The notes below the pieces were generated by a model. That model made no database searches. It worked only from the letters and a program-made list of their open reading frames with translations, and was not told where the DNA came from. Positions 35,501 to 46,287 of a DNA stretch of 64,000 nucleotides are shown here, in pieces; the first letter of the stretch is position 1, and each line of letters opens with the position of its first letter. Source of the DNA: Pseudomonadota bacterium (GTDB lineage: Bacteria; Desulfobacterota; Desulfobacteria; Desulfobacterales; RPRI01); NCBI GenBank assembly GCA_043825875.1, contig JBDRRF010000096.1, forward strand, positions 20,891 to 84,890, in the 5' to 3' direction. The position numbers and the translations under genes were made by a program.

Positions 35501-36356
35501 CTTTTAAGCTTTTTGCCAGCTTCTTTTTTGTGATTTCTTTTTCAAATTTATTATATTCCCCGGTATCTAAAACAAACATCAATGAAATACCGGCTGAATC
35601 ACGGCCTCTTACTTCAAGCCGGTCCATACTGTTAAACACTGCATTTATATTTTTATAGATGGTAACAGATGAAAAATTGAAATTATTATCCGCAGCGCCT
35701 ATCAGATTGTAGATCTTTGAAACATTGTGTCCGATTTCGTTTGAAAGAATCCATGAAACATCTTTAAGATCTTCAATTCGTTTTGATATTGTTTCAACTG
35801 CCGAAGGCTCAAGAACTCCCATTTTTGCTGCAAGGATTTTTGATTCCGAATCAATAAATTTGTTTATTCGTTTTGAAAGCTCAATAATCTTGTTCTGAAT
35901 ATTTTTGTTTTCAAATATTTCAAAAAAGCATTCATTACTTTTTAATTCCCGTACATTTGCAAGCAGGGATGCGACCATATCTTTGCCGCAGAAATAATTT
36001 TCATCTAAAGAAAATTTGTTTTTTACGCAAAGTTCAAATGAACGGGACTCAATTTTTTCTATGCTATTTTCAAGAAAGGCAATATCAATATTTGCGGCAG
36101 GTTTATTACTTTTATTAAAAGAAATAATACACGCAATTCCGCAACATAAAACATTTTTAGGGCATGGAAAAATAATAATAGAAAAATCAGGGGTATTTGC
36201 CGGGTCTTTTCCAAAATAAACATCGGCTAAAAGCAAAGCCGTCATTCTTCCAGATACTTTTTTCATGAAGCCGGAAAACATATAGTAATATTTAGATTTT
36301 ATTATTTTATTTTTAAAATATTTGATAAGGTGCATAAATTTATAACTCCTATACAC
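32553..36356 (-). CDS. glmS: Unusually long glutamine-fructose-6-phosphate aminotransferase-like protein (class II GATase plus two SIS domains and extensions)
   Basis: CGI, RGRDSAG, SHTRWA, NCHP, NGDIDNY, SQSGTTTDT and VASTKAF motifs. Start codon uncertain. Confidence 0.75.
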   Translation of the reverse strand: MYRSYKFMHLIKYFKNKIIKSKYYYMFSGFMKKVSGRMTALLLADVYFGKDPANTPDFSIIIFPCPKNVLCCGIACIISFNKSNKPAANIDIAFLENSIEKIESRSFELCVKNKFSLDENYFCGKDMVASLLANVRELKSNECFFEIFENKNIQNKIIELSKRINKFIDSESKILAAKMGVLEPSAVETISKRIEDLKDVSWILSNEIGHNVSKIYNLIGAADNNFNFSSVTIYKNINAVFNSMDRLEVRGRDSAGISLMFVLDTGEYNKFEKEITKKKLAKSLKERSSCDILLNGGISISRTEEKAAESLVSVALVYKVAAEIGSLGDNINFLRNQIKDDRILQILVSFKNKYHTVSSHTRWASVGAITEANCHPVDGSKAGFGSWKQGIIHVCLNGDIDNYLELKKEYESCGNSFGSEITTDTKIIPHQIEKYLSKGFDIEESFRLAVNDFEGSHAITMHTNLDPGRIYLAHKGSGQAFFIGIGKDSYMPASEVYGFVEETQNYIKMEGDKIVQSNNGSTQGQIFILSQESCGGISGIKAMYYDKMPVCIEDKDLKHTGITSRDIDRQNYPHYFLKEISESPLSVEKTLLNRWKTSADGKKYSAFLSEKEFPESVKKAFSEKKIRRILFAGQGTAGVAALACSDILNYYLNDPQIHIGAHKASELSGFMLDSEEISTSMSDTLVVAISQSGTTTDTNRAVEMVKKRGAKTLAIVNRRDSDIAFKVDGVIYTSSGRDIEMSVASTKAFYCQIVAGAVLGLFIAQINGRRNGNFVSDEVVSLLEISSHMRKVLSMKEAIEKSARRLAVTKTYWATVGSGPNKASADEIRIKLSELCYKTISSDYVEDKKHIDLSSEPLIIICSAGTRGNVIGDIVKDTAIFKAHKAAPVVIADEGEERFEQYAEDVFYVPAVGQHLAPILNTLAGHIWGYYAALSINEGSSFIYKFREELQNTIDEQLKKGTDIYELILEKTFREKIAYFYNEFRRRRAEKQLPSILGFDAALSLILLCKYLSGKLPVSDFELDFGIKGTAKNMIDTLFKFLGESINLMIRPIDAIKHQAKTVTVGTSRISEKLYGILFDVLNSNSLNPSQLINKNIIVLKNLQEIVSDINGYILYKIGGLDLLGELTEDASIEVIKKEGVLKSIPSRVESDTRLKGSKKIIVQSGNVYIGKGRKDNRSIIVIPVISSSPQRSNIIEHLLLLNISFKENVPLPVKIKALGGKYDHIKNIVQENSIPWDDNYLNWIELDDLFGVSAEKTAEFIVSKLK

Positions 36357-36388
36357 AAAACGATCTCAGATTAAAAAACCCTAATGGT

Positions 36389-37135
36389 TCAGATACTTTT
36401 TTTATCAATAAATTTTAATATCTTATTTATATCTTCGGGTTTGTCCACACCTATGCTTTCATACCTGGTTAAAACAACATGCACAGGAATGTCATTTTCA
36501 AGCAGTCTTAGCTGCTCAAGCTTTTCAGCTGCTTCAAGATTGCTTGGCCCCAAAGAAACAAATTTTACCAGAGTATTCATCCGGAATGCATATAATCCGA
36601 TATGGCCATAAAACTCCCCATCCTGACCGTCACGATAACATGGAATTGCCATACGCGAAAAATACAGGGCGTTTCCTGTTTTTGAAAATACCACTTTTAC
36701 CTGATTAATATTTCCGGCTTCATTATTTTGGATCTTTCTTGCAAGAGTTGAAACAAGTATTTTTGGGGATGCAAAAGGCTTTACTATTTGTGTAAGCATA
36801 TCAGGGTTAAGAAGCGGCTCATCTCCTTGTATATTCACAATTATGGAATCATCGGAAAGATTTAATATTTGAGCAGCTTCCAAAACCCTGTCTGTTCCGC
36901 TGGGATGGTCTTTTCTGGTTTCAACTACCGGAACATCAAGGGCTTTTGCGGCAGAAACGATGCGCTTGTCATCTGTTGCAAGAACAACCTTTGAAAGTTC
37001 CGGACATTTTCTTGCATTATTAAATACATGCCAGAACATAGGCTTTCCCGCAATATCGGCAAGAGGCTTTCCAGGAAATCGGGTTGATTCATAACGAGCC
37101 GGAATAATACCGTAACATTTATATTGTTTGTCCAT
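36389..37135 (-). CDS. kdsB: 3-deoxy-manno-octulosonate cytidylyltransferase
   Basis: [29 protein letters not shown] and EKLEQLRLL motifs. Confidence 0.96.
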   Translation of the reverse strand: MDKQYKCYGIIPARYESTRFPGKPLADIAGKPMFWHVFNNARKCPELSKVVLATDDKRIVSAAKALDVPVVETRKDHPSGTDRVLEAAQILNLSDDSIIVNIQGDEPLLNPDMLTQIVKPFASPKILVSTLARKIQNNEAGNINQVKVVFSKTGNALYFSRMAIPCYRDGQDGEFYGHIGLYAFRMNTLVKFVSLGPSNLEAAEKLEQLRLLENDIPVHVVLTRYESIGVDKPEDINKILKFIDKKSI

Positions 37136-37519
37136 TTATATTTTATTTATGAAAATTTATGAGAAAATAGGTTCATTGATTTGCTGTACCTTAACTTCCA
37201 ATACATTTGAGCTATCAAATTCATATCTTAAATTATTCAAATAAGCAAGAAAGCCGTCAAAACTAAAATATTGACGGCTTTTTAAAATTTCTTTTGAATT
37301 TACCATGGAGGCACTAAATGTATGATAAACATTTCTCAAATTTTTTAATAAATTATTTATCTCTGAAATCGATCAGATTATAGGAAGCAAAAAAAGATGC
37401 TTTTATAAAGCTTTATATATAATACATTTGACAGAGTTGTAAAAAGAGTTCTATACAAGAAACGAGAAAAAAAATATCAGTGAAGTTATTTAAATAGAGA
37501 AAAATATATTCGATTTAAA

Positions 37520-38953
37520 ATGAAAGTCCTTTTAGTAAGACCACACGCATATCTGCCAACCTCACGGTGGCTTCAGTCCATGTTGTTGCTTGAACCCTAC
37601 GCTCAGGAACTTATTGCCGGAGCTATACAGCCCCCACATGATGTAAAAATCTGTGATCTGGCAGTTGAAAAACACCCGATAAAAGCGTTTACACAAGTAC
37701 TGAAAAAATACCATCCCGACTTTATTGGTTTCGGAGGCTTTTCCGGGCAATATCAAATCAATCGGAAACTGGCGGGTATATCTAAAGAGATACTGCCTGA
37801 TGCTTTGACTTGCCTTGGCGGAATACACGCTTCCAGTTATCCTACAGATTGCAAGGCTCCGGAGCTATTTGACCTCATTGTTAGGGGAGACGGGGTTTCA
37901 GCCATTAAGGTCATCTTAAAAGCACTGGAAAACGGAAAGCCTGTTCCTGAAAGTGAATGGATTATACCCACAAATTCTCCAAATTTTGACCACCTGGCTT
38001 CCCAGACACCGCCACCGATTCATCCTGATGGTATTAACACCCGTCCTAGGCGCGATCTGATAGATATATCGAACTATTACTGCATCTGCTACGGCGAACC
38101 CAAGCAGAAGATGAAAACTCTTTTTCCAAGAATTGCTTGTGTGAGAACAAGTGTGGGGTGTCCGAACAGATGCAGTTTTTGTGTTGTTCACTTTCTTGCA
38201 AATGGCAAATACCTCCAGCGCAGCATAGAAGATGTAGTTGATGAGATTGCATCACTTCCTCAGGAATACATCTATTTTGTTGATGATGAAACTTTTATAA
38301 ATGCCAAGCGAATGACACAGCTTGCCGAAATGCTTATAGAGAGAGGAGTAAAGAAAAAATATCTCTCATGGGCAAGAAGTGATACAATTTGCAGGCATCC
38401 GGATCTTTTTGCTTTATGGAAAAAAGCCGGCCTCGAACTTGTTTATGTTGGTTTCGAATCGCTGGAAGAAAAGAATCTGACGGGATACAACAAAAACGCC
38501 ACGCCCGATCAAAACCGGAAAGCAAGACAGATACTGCGGGATCTTAATTTAAACATTCATGCCGCATTGATGGTAAATCCTGATTTCGATAAAGAAGATT
38601 TTGAAATCCTTCATAAGACGATAGAAGAACTTGCACCTGCTGAATATGCTTTCACAGTTTTATCTCCTCCGCCGGGAACGAAAGCTTTCAATGATGCAAA
38701 AGATACTTTTATTTGTGAAGACCCTTGTCTTTATTACGATTGCCTTCACACCATTTTGCCAACCAAACTTCCTTTAAAAACATTCTATCGCTATTTTTCA
38801 ATCCTTTACGGAAAAGGCGCAGCCAGAATTCCACCACGCATCAACAAGGTCAAAGTGCCGATCAAAGATTTTGTGAAATTATTCTGGCAAGGAATCAAGT
38901 TTGCCCGTCAACTTCACGGCATGTACCGTGATTATGACAGGAAATACTGGTAA
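37520..38953 (+). CDS. Cobalamin-binding radical SAM protein
   Basis: N-terminal B12-binding-like region (LGGIHAS, VRGDG); CPNRCSFC, FVDDETF and VGFES motifs. Confidence 0.85.
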   Translation: MKVLLVRPHAYLPTSRWLQSMLLLEPYAQELIAGAIQPPHDVKICDLAVEKHPIKAFTQVLKKYHPDFIGFGGFSGQYQINRKLAGISKEILPDALTCLGGIHASSYPTDCKAPELFDLIVRGDGVSAIKVILKALENGKPVPESEWIIPTNSPNFDHLASQTPPPIHPDGINTRPRRDLIDISNYYCICYGEPKQKMKTLFPRIACVRTSVGCPNRCSFCVVHFLANGKYLQRSIEDVVDEIASLPQEYIYFVDDETFINAKRMTQLAEMLIERGVKKKYLSWARSDTICRHPDLFALWKKAGLELVYVGFESLEEKNLTGYNKNATPDQNRKARQILRDLNLNIHAALMVNPDFDKEDFEILHKTIEELAPAEYAFTVLSPPPGTKAFNDAKDTFICEDPCLYYDCLHTILPTKLPLKTFYRYFSILYGKGAARIPPRINKVKVPIKDFVKLFWQGIKFARQLHGMYRDYDRKYW

Positions 38954-39101
38954 TATTTCTCATAAATTTTCAACTACCCTGTAATCTCCTTATTATAGTT
39001 ATAGTTTGACACCCGCGGTAGCCGGTGATATAAATTGATTTAATGACATGGGCTTTAAAAAACCCTTAACTATTAAGGCACATAGTTGCCTGGAGGAGCG
39101 T

Positions 39102-39284
39102 ATGTTTGGACTTGGAATGCAGGAACTTATAATAATATTGGTTATAGTTCTAATTATTTTTGGAGCAGGTAAACTTCCGGAAATAGGAGCAGGAATGGGA
39201 AAAGCCATTAAAAACTTTAAATCCGCAACTTCCGATGAAGAGAAAAAAGATCGTGAAAAAATAGATGAGAATAAAAAAGCGTGA
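39102..39284 (+). CDS. tatA: Twin-arginine translocase TatA/E subunit
   Basis: [39 protein letters not shown] before ATG 39102. Confidence 0.95.
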   Translation: MFGLGMQELIIILVIVLIIFGAGKLPEIGAGMGKAIKNFKSATSDEEKKDREKIDENKKA

Positions 39285-39482
39285 TAGTCTGATAAGTTTT
39301 CCAATCTCTAATTCAACCGATAAAAAAACAGCCTCTTAAAAAAACTGCTTTACCTGCCAAAGTATATAAAGGATGCAGTTGAACAAGCTTTTTCTAACCC
39401 ACAAAACCTTATTTAATCTCAACCAACCGAAAAAGCCAACATAACAAATATTTATACCATATATGGTTGCTTTTGCAAGATG

Positions 39483-39920
39483 TTAAAACGGTATATCGTC
39501 ATCCTGCGCGTTATTATGCATTGGGCCAGGAGCACCGCGATCCATTGCATCATTATTAAAGTCTTTTCTGGGTGAATCACCCGAATCTTTTCTGTCAAGA
39601 AATTGCATATCGGAAGCTACGATTTCAGTTGTGTATCTTTTATTTCCGTCTTTGTCATCCCAGGCCCTTGTCTGAAGCCGGCCTTCAATATAAATCTGTT
39701 TCCCTTTAGAAAGATATTCTCCGCATATTTCACCAAGTTTGCCAAAAGCTACTATACGATGCCATTCGGTACGTTCTTTTTTTTCACCGCTTGCCTTATC
39801 TTTCCAATCTTCAGATGTTGCGATAGTGAAATTAGCAATTGCAACTCCTGCATTTGTATAACGGATCTCCGGATCTTTGCCCAGCCTACCGATTAACATC
39901 ACTTTGTTCAGACCTGACAT
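39483..39920 (-). CDS. ssb: Single-stranded DNA-binding protein
   Basis: [19 protein letters not shown] and C-terminal DDDIPF. Confidence 0.97.
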   Translation of the reverse strand: MSGLNKVMLIGRLGKDPEIRYTNAGVAIANFTIATSEDWKDKASGEKKERTEWHRIVAFGKLGEICGEYLSKGKQIYIEGRLQTRAWDDKDGNKRYTTEIVASDMQFLDRKDSGDSPRKDFNNDAMDRGAPGPMHNNAQDDDIPF

Positions 39921-40131
39921 CTTTTATCTCCCTGTGTAATATGTTTGTTTATAATACGAGGCCATTGAAGACGTACCTGAGTATCAATACATAAAATACA
40001 TAATATCTGTCAACCGTATTAAATTAGAATCGGAGATATTATATTCTGCCGGATCGATTCAAATAACATGTTGATATTAACAACATGAGAGCAATACATG
40101 TTGATGCATTAGATTTGTGAATGCTAATATC

Positions 40132-40557
40132 TTATACGAAAGTCTTATAATGCGATAAAAGAGATTTCACTTTTAAATTATCTGTAGCAAATTCTATATC
40201 AAATTTATTTTTGAAAACAATATTGTGAAACTCTTCCTGCTGAATCGCTGATAAGGAATCGTAAAGCTCCGCCCAATCAGAAGCCCCGTTATTTTTATGA
40301 TCTTCCCTATAAATAATGTATCTGTCAGGCATTAAAATTAATCTCTTAAATTCGTCAATATTTTTTCCAAATGCCGCCTCAAAAAACTTTCTTTTAGGGC
40401 TAACAACACCATGTGTTGCATTAAGAATACACTGGATACCTTTAAGATACCTTTGGTTCCAATTTTGCCCAACAAACTTTCTGTCTTTATTGTTTATAGG
40501 AATATATTTGTTTATATTAATTCTCTCCCATAAATTTGCTCTAACATCCTTATCCAA
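40132..40557 (-). pseudogene. Probable C-terminal remnant of a larger protein (from recall, similar to island-associated radical-SAM-like protein tails)
   Basis: TTG start without clear RBS in a low-GC islet. WNQRYLKGIQCILNATHG...FFEAAFG...MPDRYIIYR looks like part of a larger protein. Family assignment is weak. Confidence 0.35.
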
Positions 40558-40636
40558 TACTTTTATAAAACATATTTAATCTCCCCGAGATCTAAGAAAA
40601 ACAGAAAGTTTCATAAGAACGAGATGAGAATACTTA

Positions 40637-41476
40637 TTACAAATGTTTATTCAGTAACAATTTTTCTTCTACTCCATTTTGATAGATAAAAGAACATACT
40701 TTCCTTGTGAATATGGGATTAGCTTTATGAATAACCCTATGATGATTGGGGCAGAGAACTACTATATTGCTGGCATCATTATTCAAGGAATTTACAAAGA
40801 AATTGATATGGTGTGCCTCAACTATAAGGCAGTTATATTTCTTACCAAAGTTGTCACCGCAAATTTGGCACCTGTATCTATAGAAAAGCTTTAAACTCTC
40901 CCCAATTGCCCTGTCAAGTCTGCGTATCTTGATTAATTGCTTTTTAGTTTCAATTCTCGCAGAATTATCTACTATTTTGTAATTCGATTGGAATTCAAAG
41001 TCTTCTTCATCTATTTCAGAAATGAAATGTTTGGCTTGTACTGAGTCGGAAAAAGTAATATGCTCTAAGAAAAAAGTGTTTTCGAGCGATGTAGTGTACA
41101 AGACAATATATTCTCTTTTTTCTTCAGGCACCCGTATATTTTTCTTTGTAATAATCCGTTTACTCTCTAAATAATTGAGGCTTGATTGAAATATTTCACG
41201 AAGTTTTTTTGCAAAAGCGCTTTGCGGTGAGTAACGGATTTGCAATATATCAACATGCCCAGTGTATTTCTGTTCATCAAAAGCTTGGTTTATTAACTTT
41301 ACCTGGTAAGTGTGTCCATCCAGGCTCACTTTTATGTTTCTCTTTTCCCCTCTTTTCAAGTAACGCTTCATTCGTTCTTTGAAAACTACTTGGATTGAAA
41401 CGGGGATAGAAAATCCTTCCCGTAAAACTGACCGGTCAATCTCTTTTTTATAAATATAAAATTGCTCTTCTATCAA
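40637..41476 (-). CDS. HNH endonuclease (McrA-like, possibly modification-dependent restriction)
   Basis: C-terminal CQICG...EAHHI...NIVVLCPNHHRVIH; uncharacterised N-terminal domain. Confidence 0.82.
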   Translation of the reverse strand: MIEEQFYIYKKEIDRSVLREGFSIPVSIQVVFKERMKRYLKRGEKRNIKVSLDGHTYQVKLINQAFDEQKYTGHVDILQIRYSPQSAFAKKLREIFQSSLNYLESKRIITKKNIRVPEEKREYIVLYTTSLENTFFLEHITFSDSVQAKHFISEIDEEDFEFQSNYKIVDNSARIETKKQLIKIRRLDRAIGESLKLFYRYRCQICGDNFGKKYNCLIVEAHHINFFVNSLNNDASNIVVLCPNHHRVIHKANPIFTRKVCSFIYQNGVEEKLLLNKHL

Positions 41477-41518
41477 TGAGTTGCCTGATCATGTGCTTAT
41501 TTTATGATTCTATTTTTG

Positions 41519-41863
41519 CTATTTTTCATCGTTAACATATTTTTTTGAAAGTTCTTCATATATAAAAGACCTTGTATTCCCTTCTATAACCTTAAAATAA
41601 TCTTCTTTTGGTACAACCCAAATAGGATCATATATCCCGCCATTACGCTCAATATGTTCCTTTAATTTCTCATACTGATCATTACCTTCAGCAAGAGCAA
41701 ATTTTATTTTTTCTTGTGTTACTCTGTCATTTAATCTTGTATCTAAAAAGTATTGTATTCGGGGATTCTCAATATCGAGGATGAGTTTTTTTAAGGGAAT
41801 TTTTAACCGGTTAATTTCTGTTGGAATACCGTCAAGTTGTACAATTATATTTTCCAAGACCAC
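41519..41863 (-). pseudogene. Probably truncated ParB/Srx-like N-terminal domain protein
   Basis: LILDIENPRI...IERNGGIYDPIWVV...VIEGNTR; stops about 20 aa after the EGNxR motif. Confidence 0.5.
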
Positions 41864-42305
41864 CCCTTAGACGTATTGTCCTAGTTGATAGTTTATAAGA
41901 GCTAATTTTTTCCGGCCAACTATATGAAAAATAACAATTGTGTGTCAAGAAGAAACCGTATACAAAATACAGATAAATAGATGAAATCTGGAGTTATTTG
42001 TTCTTCTCTTTTTTATGTTGTGTCGTGCTACACTTTAAGTATTATTACATTGTTCAATCATTTTACACTCATCCCACAGAAGAAGTAGCCAAACGATTCA
42101 TGGGTGTAAATAAATAACTGACAAAATATCCCCATGCTTCAGGCATACGAGAAGAAAGTCTTTGAGATAGCAGACTTAATGTAATGCCATTGCCACAATT
42201 TAAGATTTTCGCAGATGTTTACACGAAAAATATTATGTGCTATACGTTTAGTTAAATTATAAAATTTTTAACAGTTTGAAATATATTGGATTTAAAGGAG
42301 CATAA

Positions 42306-42683
42306 TTGATAACACTTGATTTTAATAAAACAAATGGCTTTATTCCTGCCATTGCGCAGGACTATGAAACAGGCGAGGTTTTGATGCTTGCGTATATGAA
42401 TCAGGATGCATGGGAAAAAACCCTTGAAACAGGCAAAGCAACCTATTTTAGCAGAAGCCGGCAAAAACTCTGGATTAAAGGGGAAACTTCGGGTAATCTC
42501 CAGATTGTTAAAGAAATATTGGTAGATTGTGATGATGATACGGTTTTGTTGAAGGTTGAGCAAATCGGTGGAGCTGCCTGCCATACAGGCCATAAAAGCT
42601 GTTTTTACAGAAAGGTAGAAAACGGTTCTTTAAAGAAGATAAGTGAGCCGGTATTTAATCCTGATGAGGTGTACAAAAAATGA
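42306..42683 (+). CDS. hisI: Phosphoribosyl-AMP cyclohydrolase
   Basis: [22 protein letters not shown] and [10 protein letters not shown] motifs. Confidence 0.96.
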   Translation: MITLDFNKTNGFIPAIAQDYETGEVLMLAYMNQDAWEKTLETGKATYFSRSRQKLWIKGETSGNLQIVKEILVDCDDDTVLLKVEQIGGAACHTGHKSCFYRKVENGSLKKISEPVFNPDEVYKK

Positions 42684-43555
42684 ATGAAAAATTAAAACTG
42701 GGAATTCCCAAAGGAAGCCTGGAAAGTGCAACGATTGCTCTTTTCAAACGTTCAGGCTGGAATATAAACGTTAACGGAAGAAGCTATTTCCCTGAAATAA
42801 ATGATGATGCTATTGATTGCGCAATTTGCAGGGCACAGGAGATGTCGATATATGTTGAAAACGAAACTCTCGATGCAGCGCTTACAGGCAAAGACTGGAT
42901 AGCCGAAAACAATTCCGATGTTCATGTTATTACAGATCTTGTTTATTCAAAGGTAAGCTCAAGACCCGCAAAATGGGTTATTGCCGTGGGATATGATTCG
43001 CCATTCAAAAAAATTGAGGATCTTGAAGGAAAAAAGATTTCAACCGAACTCGTTAAACATACGAAACGATATTTTAAAGAACGAAATATCAATGTAAATG
43101 TTGAGTTTTCATGGGGAGCAACGGAAGCAAAAATTGTATCCGGGCTGGCTGATGCTATTGTAGAAGTTACGGAAACGGGAAGTACTATCAAAGCTCACGG
43201 TCTGCGCATTATTCATGAAATGATGCAGACAAATACCCAGCTTATTGCAAATCATAAGGTATGGGAAAACAAAGTCAAGCGTGAAAAAATTGAGCAGATA
43301 GCACTTCTTTTAAAAGGAGCACTTCTTGCAGAAAAACTTGTTGGACTTAAAATGAATGTCTCCCAGGAAAATCTTGAAAAAATTGTATCTTTGCTTCCAA
43401 GTCTTCATGCTCCCACGGTTTCATCTCTTTATCAGTCAACATGGTTTTCCGTTGAAACCGTTGCTCATGTTAATATCATAAGAGACCTGATCCCGGAACT
43501 TTTGAAAAACGGAGCGGAAGGGATCATAGAATATCCTTTAAATAAAGTGATATAA
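42680..43555 (+). CDS. hisG: ATP phosphoribosyltransferase (long form)
   Basis: [29 protein letters not shown] and a C-terminal regulatory domain. Confidence 0.95.
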   Translation: MNEKLKLGIPKGSLESATIALFKRSGWNINVNGRSYFPEINDDAIDCAICRAQEMSIYVENETLDAALTGKDWIAENNSDVHVITDLVYSKVSSRPAKWVIAVGYDSPFKKIEDLEGKKISTELVKHTKRYFKERNINVNVEFSWGATEAKIVSGLADAIVEVTETGSTIKAHGLRIIHEMMQTNTQLIANHKVWENKVKREKIEQIALLLKGALLAEKLVGLKMNVSQENLEKIVSLLPSLHAPTVSSLYQSTWFSVETVAHVNIIRDLIPELLKNGAEGIIEYPLNKVI

Positions 43556-43627
43556 AAGCTTATGGTAAAAAACTTCGTAATTATATACTCCCTGTCTTTT
43601 TCAAAGCAGATATAGAAGATATAAGAA

Positions 43628-44773
43628 ATGTTATCAAAGCGCTGTCAGGAAATAACTCCGTTTATAGTAATGGATGTCCTAGAGAAAGCTCGTGAAATGG
43701 AGCAAAAAGGCATCCATGTAATTCATCTGGAAGTCGGAGAACCGGATTTTGAAACACCTGAATGCGTTAAAGAAGCAATCATAAAAGCCATCCGTGACGG
43801 GCACACTCATTACACACACAGCCTTGGGATGATCGAGCTAAGAGAAGCTATAAGTGAACATTATCATAATACATATAATGTTGCAGTTTGTCCGGATAAT
43901 ATAGTAATTACTTCCGGCACATCTCCTGCCATGTTCAGTCTGTTTTCAGTGCTTTTAAATACAGACGATGAGGTGATAATTTCCGACCCGCATTATGCAT
44001 GTTATCCCAATTTTATAAAATTTCTGATGGGTAAGCCTGTAACGGTACCGGTATATGAAGACGATGCATTTCAGTACAGACCTTCTGCAATTAAAGAAAA
44101 GCTAACAGAAAAAACAAAAGCAATATTTATCAATTCCCCTTCAAATCCTACAGGAACCATTTTATCCGAAAGCAGGATGAAAGAAATTGCCGGATTTTCG
44201 CCTTATATTATTTCTGATGAAATTTATCACGGCCTTGTATATGAAGGAAAAGAGCACTCGATACTGGAATTTACCCAAAATGCTTTTGTTTTAAACGGAT
44301 TTTCAAAACTTTATGCAATGACCGGCCTTCGTCTTGGCTACCTTATTGCTCCGGAAAAATTTATCCGCCATATACAAAAAATTCAGCAGAACTTCTTCAT
44401 CTCTGCAAATTCGGCAGTTCAGATAGCCGGGATTACTGCTTTAAAAGAAGCAGGTAATGATATTTCCAAAATGAAAAATATTTTCAATGAGCGAAGGCTT
44501 TATATGATTTCGCGCTTAAAAGAGCTTGGCTTTAAAATAAAGGTTGAACCCACCGGCGCATTTTATGTGTTTGTAAATGCAAAACATATATCAAATGATT
44601 CATATAAACTTGCCTTTGATATTCTTGAGAAAGCCCATGTTGGAGTTACGCCGGGAATCGATTTTGGAGCAAATGGCGAAGGATACTTAAGATTTTCTTA
44701 TGCAACCTCTATTGAAAATATTGCAGAAGGCATGAAACGTCTTGAAAAATATTTATCGGATTTAAAAACATGA
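43628..44773 (+). CDS. PLP-dependent aminotransferase class I/II
   Basis: GEPDF, NSPSNPTG, SDEIYHG and GFSKLYAMTGLRLG motifs. Confidence 0.93.
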   Translation: MLSKRCQEITPFIVMDVLEKAREMEQKGIHVIHLEVGEPDFETPECVKEAIIKAIRDGHTHYTHSLGMIELREAISEHYHNTYNVAVCPDNIVITSGTSPAMFSLFSVLLNTDDEVIISDPHYACYPNFIKFLMGKPVTVPVYEDDAFQYRPSAIKEKLTEKTKAIFINSPSNPTGTILSESRMKEIAGFSPYIISDEIYHGLVYEGKEHSILEFTQNAFVLNGFSKLYAMTGLRLGYLIAPEKFIRHIQKIQQNFFISANSAVQIAGITALKEAGNDISKMKNIFNERRLYMISRLKELGFKIKVEPTGAFYVFVNAKHISNDSYKLAFDILEKAHVGVTPGIDFGANGEGYLRFSYATSIENIAEGMKRLEKYLSDLKT

Positions 44774-45351
44774 TTATTAAATCAGCCGTATTTGTCAAAA
44801 GTGCGGTAAAGCCTTCCCACTATCCGGAAGAAGATGTACCGGAAATAGCGTTTGCCGGACGTTCCAATGTTGGCAAATCCTCATTGATAAACACTCTTTT
44901 AAACTATAAGCGACTGGTAAAAACAAGCTCTACACCAGGACGCACTCAGCTTATAAATTTTTTCCTGATAAATGACTTGTTTAGCTTTGTTGATATCCCC
45001 GGATATGGATATGCAAAAGTTCCGGCAGCGGTAAAAAAAACCTGGGGAAACATGATTGAGACATATCTTAAAACCAGGAATACTTTAAAAGGGGTTGTTC
45101 TTATAATGGATATACGCCGCATTCCCGGTCCTGAAGAAATAACTTTTATGGAATGGCTTAGTTTTTATAATATTCCTTTTATCCGTGTTCTTACAAAAGC
45201 GGACAAGCTTACAAAAAATCAGCAGGCAAAGCAGCATTTGATTATTTCAAAATCACTTATGGCTGATAAAGACGATTTTATTATCTTTTCTACAAAGTCG
45301 AAAACAGGCAAAAAAGCCCTATGGGATGCCATAGAAAATCTGATCCACTAA
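44770..45351 (+). CDS. engB: Ribosome biogenesis GTPase YihA/YsxC
   Basis: GRSNVGKSSLIN, TPGRTQ, DIPGYGYA and TKADK motifs. Confidence 0.95.
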   Translation: MIIKSAVFVKSAVKPSHYPEEDVPEIAFAGRSNVGKSSLINTLLNYKRLVKTSSTPGRTQLINFFLINDLFSFVDIPGYGYAKVPAAVKKTWGNMIETYLKTRNTLKGVVLIMDIRRIPGPEEITFMEWLSFYNIPFIRVLTKADKLTKNQQAKQHLIISKSLMADKDDFIIFSTKSKTGKKALWDAIENLIH

Positions 45352-45354
45352 AAC

Positions 45355-46287
45355 ATGGAAGAACAACACCCCAATATGAAAAATACGAACCCCGAAGAAA
45401 AGGTAGAATTTAAATCCGGTTATGTAGCTATTGCCGGAGCTCCAAACGCCGGAAAGTCGACTCTGTTAAATAAACTGCTTGGTTTTAAGATTTCAATTAC
45501 TTCAAAAAAACCCCAGACAACAAGAAATAAAATACTCGGAGTAGTACACAGGCCTTCATCCCAGCTTGTTTTAATAGACACACCCGGCATTCACAAGGCA
45601 AATAATGCCCTCAACATAAAAATAGTAGACACCGCGCTTTCAACATTTGGAGATGTTGATATTATTTTGCTGTTAGGAGATGCAGCGAATCCTGATCCCA
45701 AATCGGAATCAATACTTATAAAAAATATCGAAAAGATCAAAAAGCCTGTTGTGCTTGCTTTAAATAAAATTGATATTATTGATAAGCCAAAGATAGCTGA
45801 AGCAATAATTTGTTGGGAGCAAAAATTTGATTTTAAAGATATAGTTCCGGTTTCGGCAAAAAGTGCCCAAGGCGTGGAAGAACTTCTTTGTGTTTTAGAA
45901 AATCTTTTACCGCCCGGCCCTCCGTTTTTTCCTGCAGATATGCTTACCGTTCTTCCCGAACGTTTTATAGCAGCGGAAATGATAAGAGAAAAAATATTCA
46001 GACTCACTGGCCAGGAAATCCCTTATGCTTCAGCTGTAACGATTGATTCTTTCACAGAGAAAAAAAGTAAAGGAATTGTTGCAATAGATGCCACCATTCA
46101 TATTGAAAGGGTTTCTCAAAAAGGTATTATAATCGGAAAAAACGGGGCCAAGCTTAAACAGATAGGCATGCAAGCCAGAGAAGAAATAGAACAACTCATC
46201 GGAACTAAGGTTTTTCTGCAATTATTTGTAAAGGTAGATAAGGACTGGAGCAAAAGCGACAGAACCTTAAAAAAATTCGGGTATTGA
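45355..46287 (+). CDS. era: GTPase Era
   Basis: GAPNAGKSTL, PQTTR, DTPG, NKID and KH-domain SQKGIIIGKNG. Confidence 0.96.
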   Translation: MEEQHPNMKNTNPEEKVEFKSGYVAIAGAPNAGKSTLLNKLLGFKISITSKKPQTTRNKILGVVHRPSSQLVLIDTPGIHKANNALNIKIVDTALSTFGDVDIILLLGDAANPDPKSESILIKNIEKIKKPVVLALNKIDIIDKPKIAEAIICWEQKFDFKDIVPVSAKSAQGVEELLCVLENLLPPGPPFFPADMLTVLPERFIAAEMIREKIFRLTGQEIPYASAVTIDSFTEKKSKGIVAIDATIHIERVSQKGIIIGKNGAKLKQIGMQAREEIEQLIGTKVFLQLFVKVDKDWSKSDRTLKKFGY

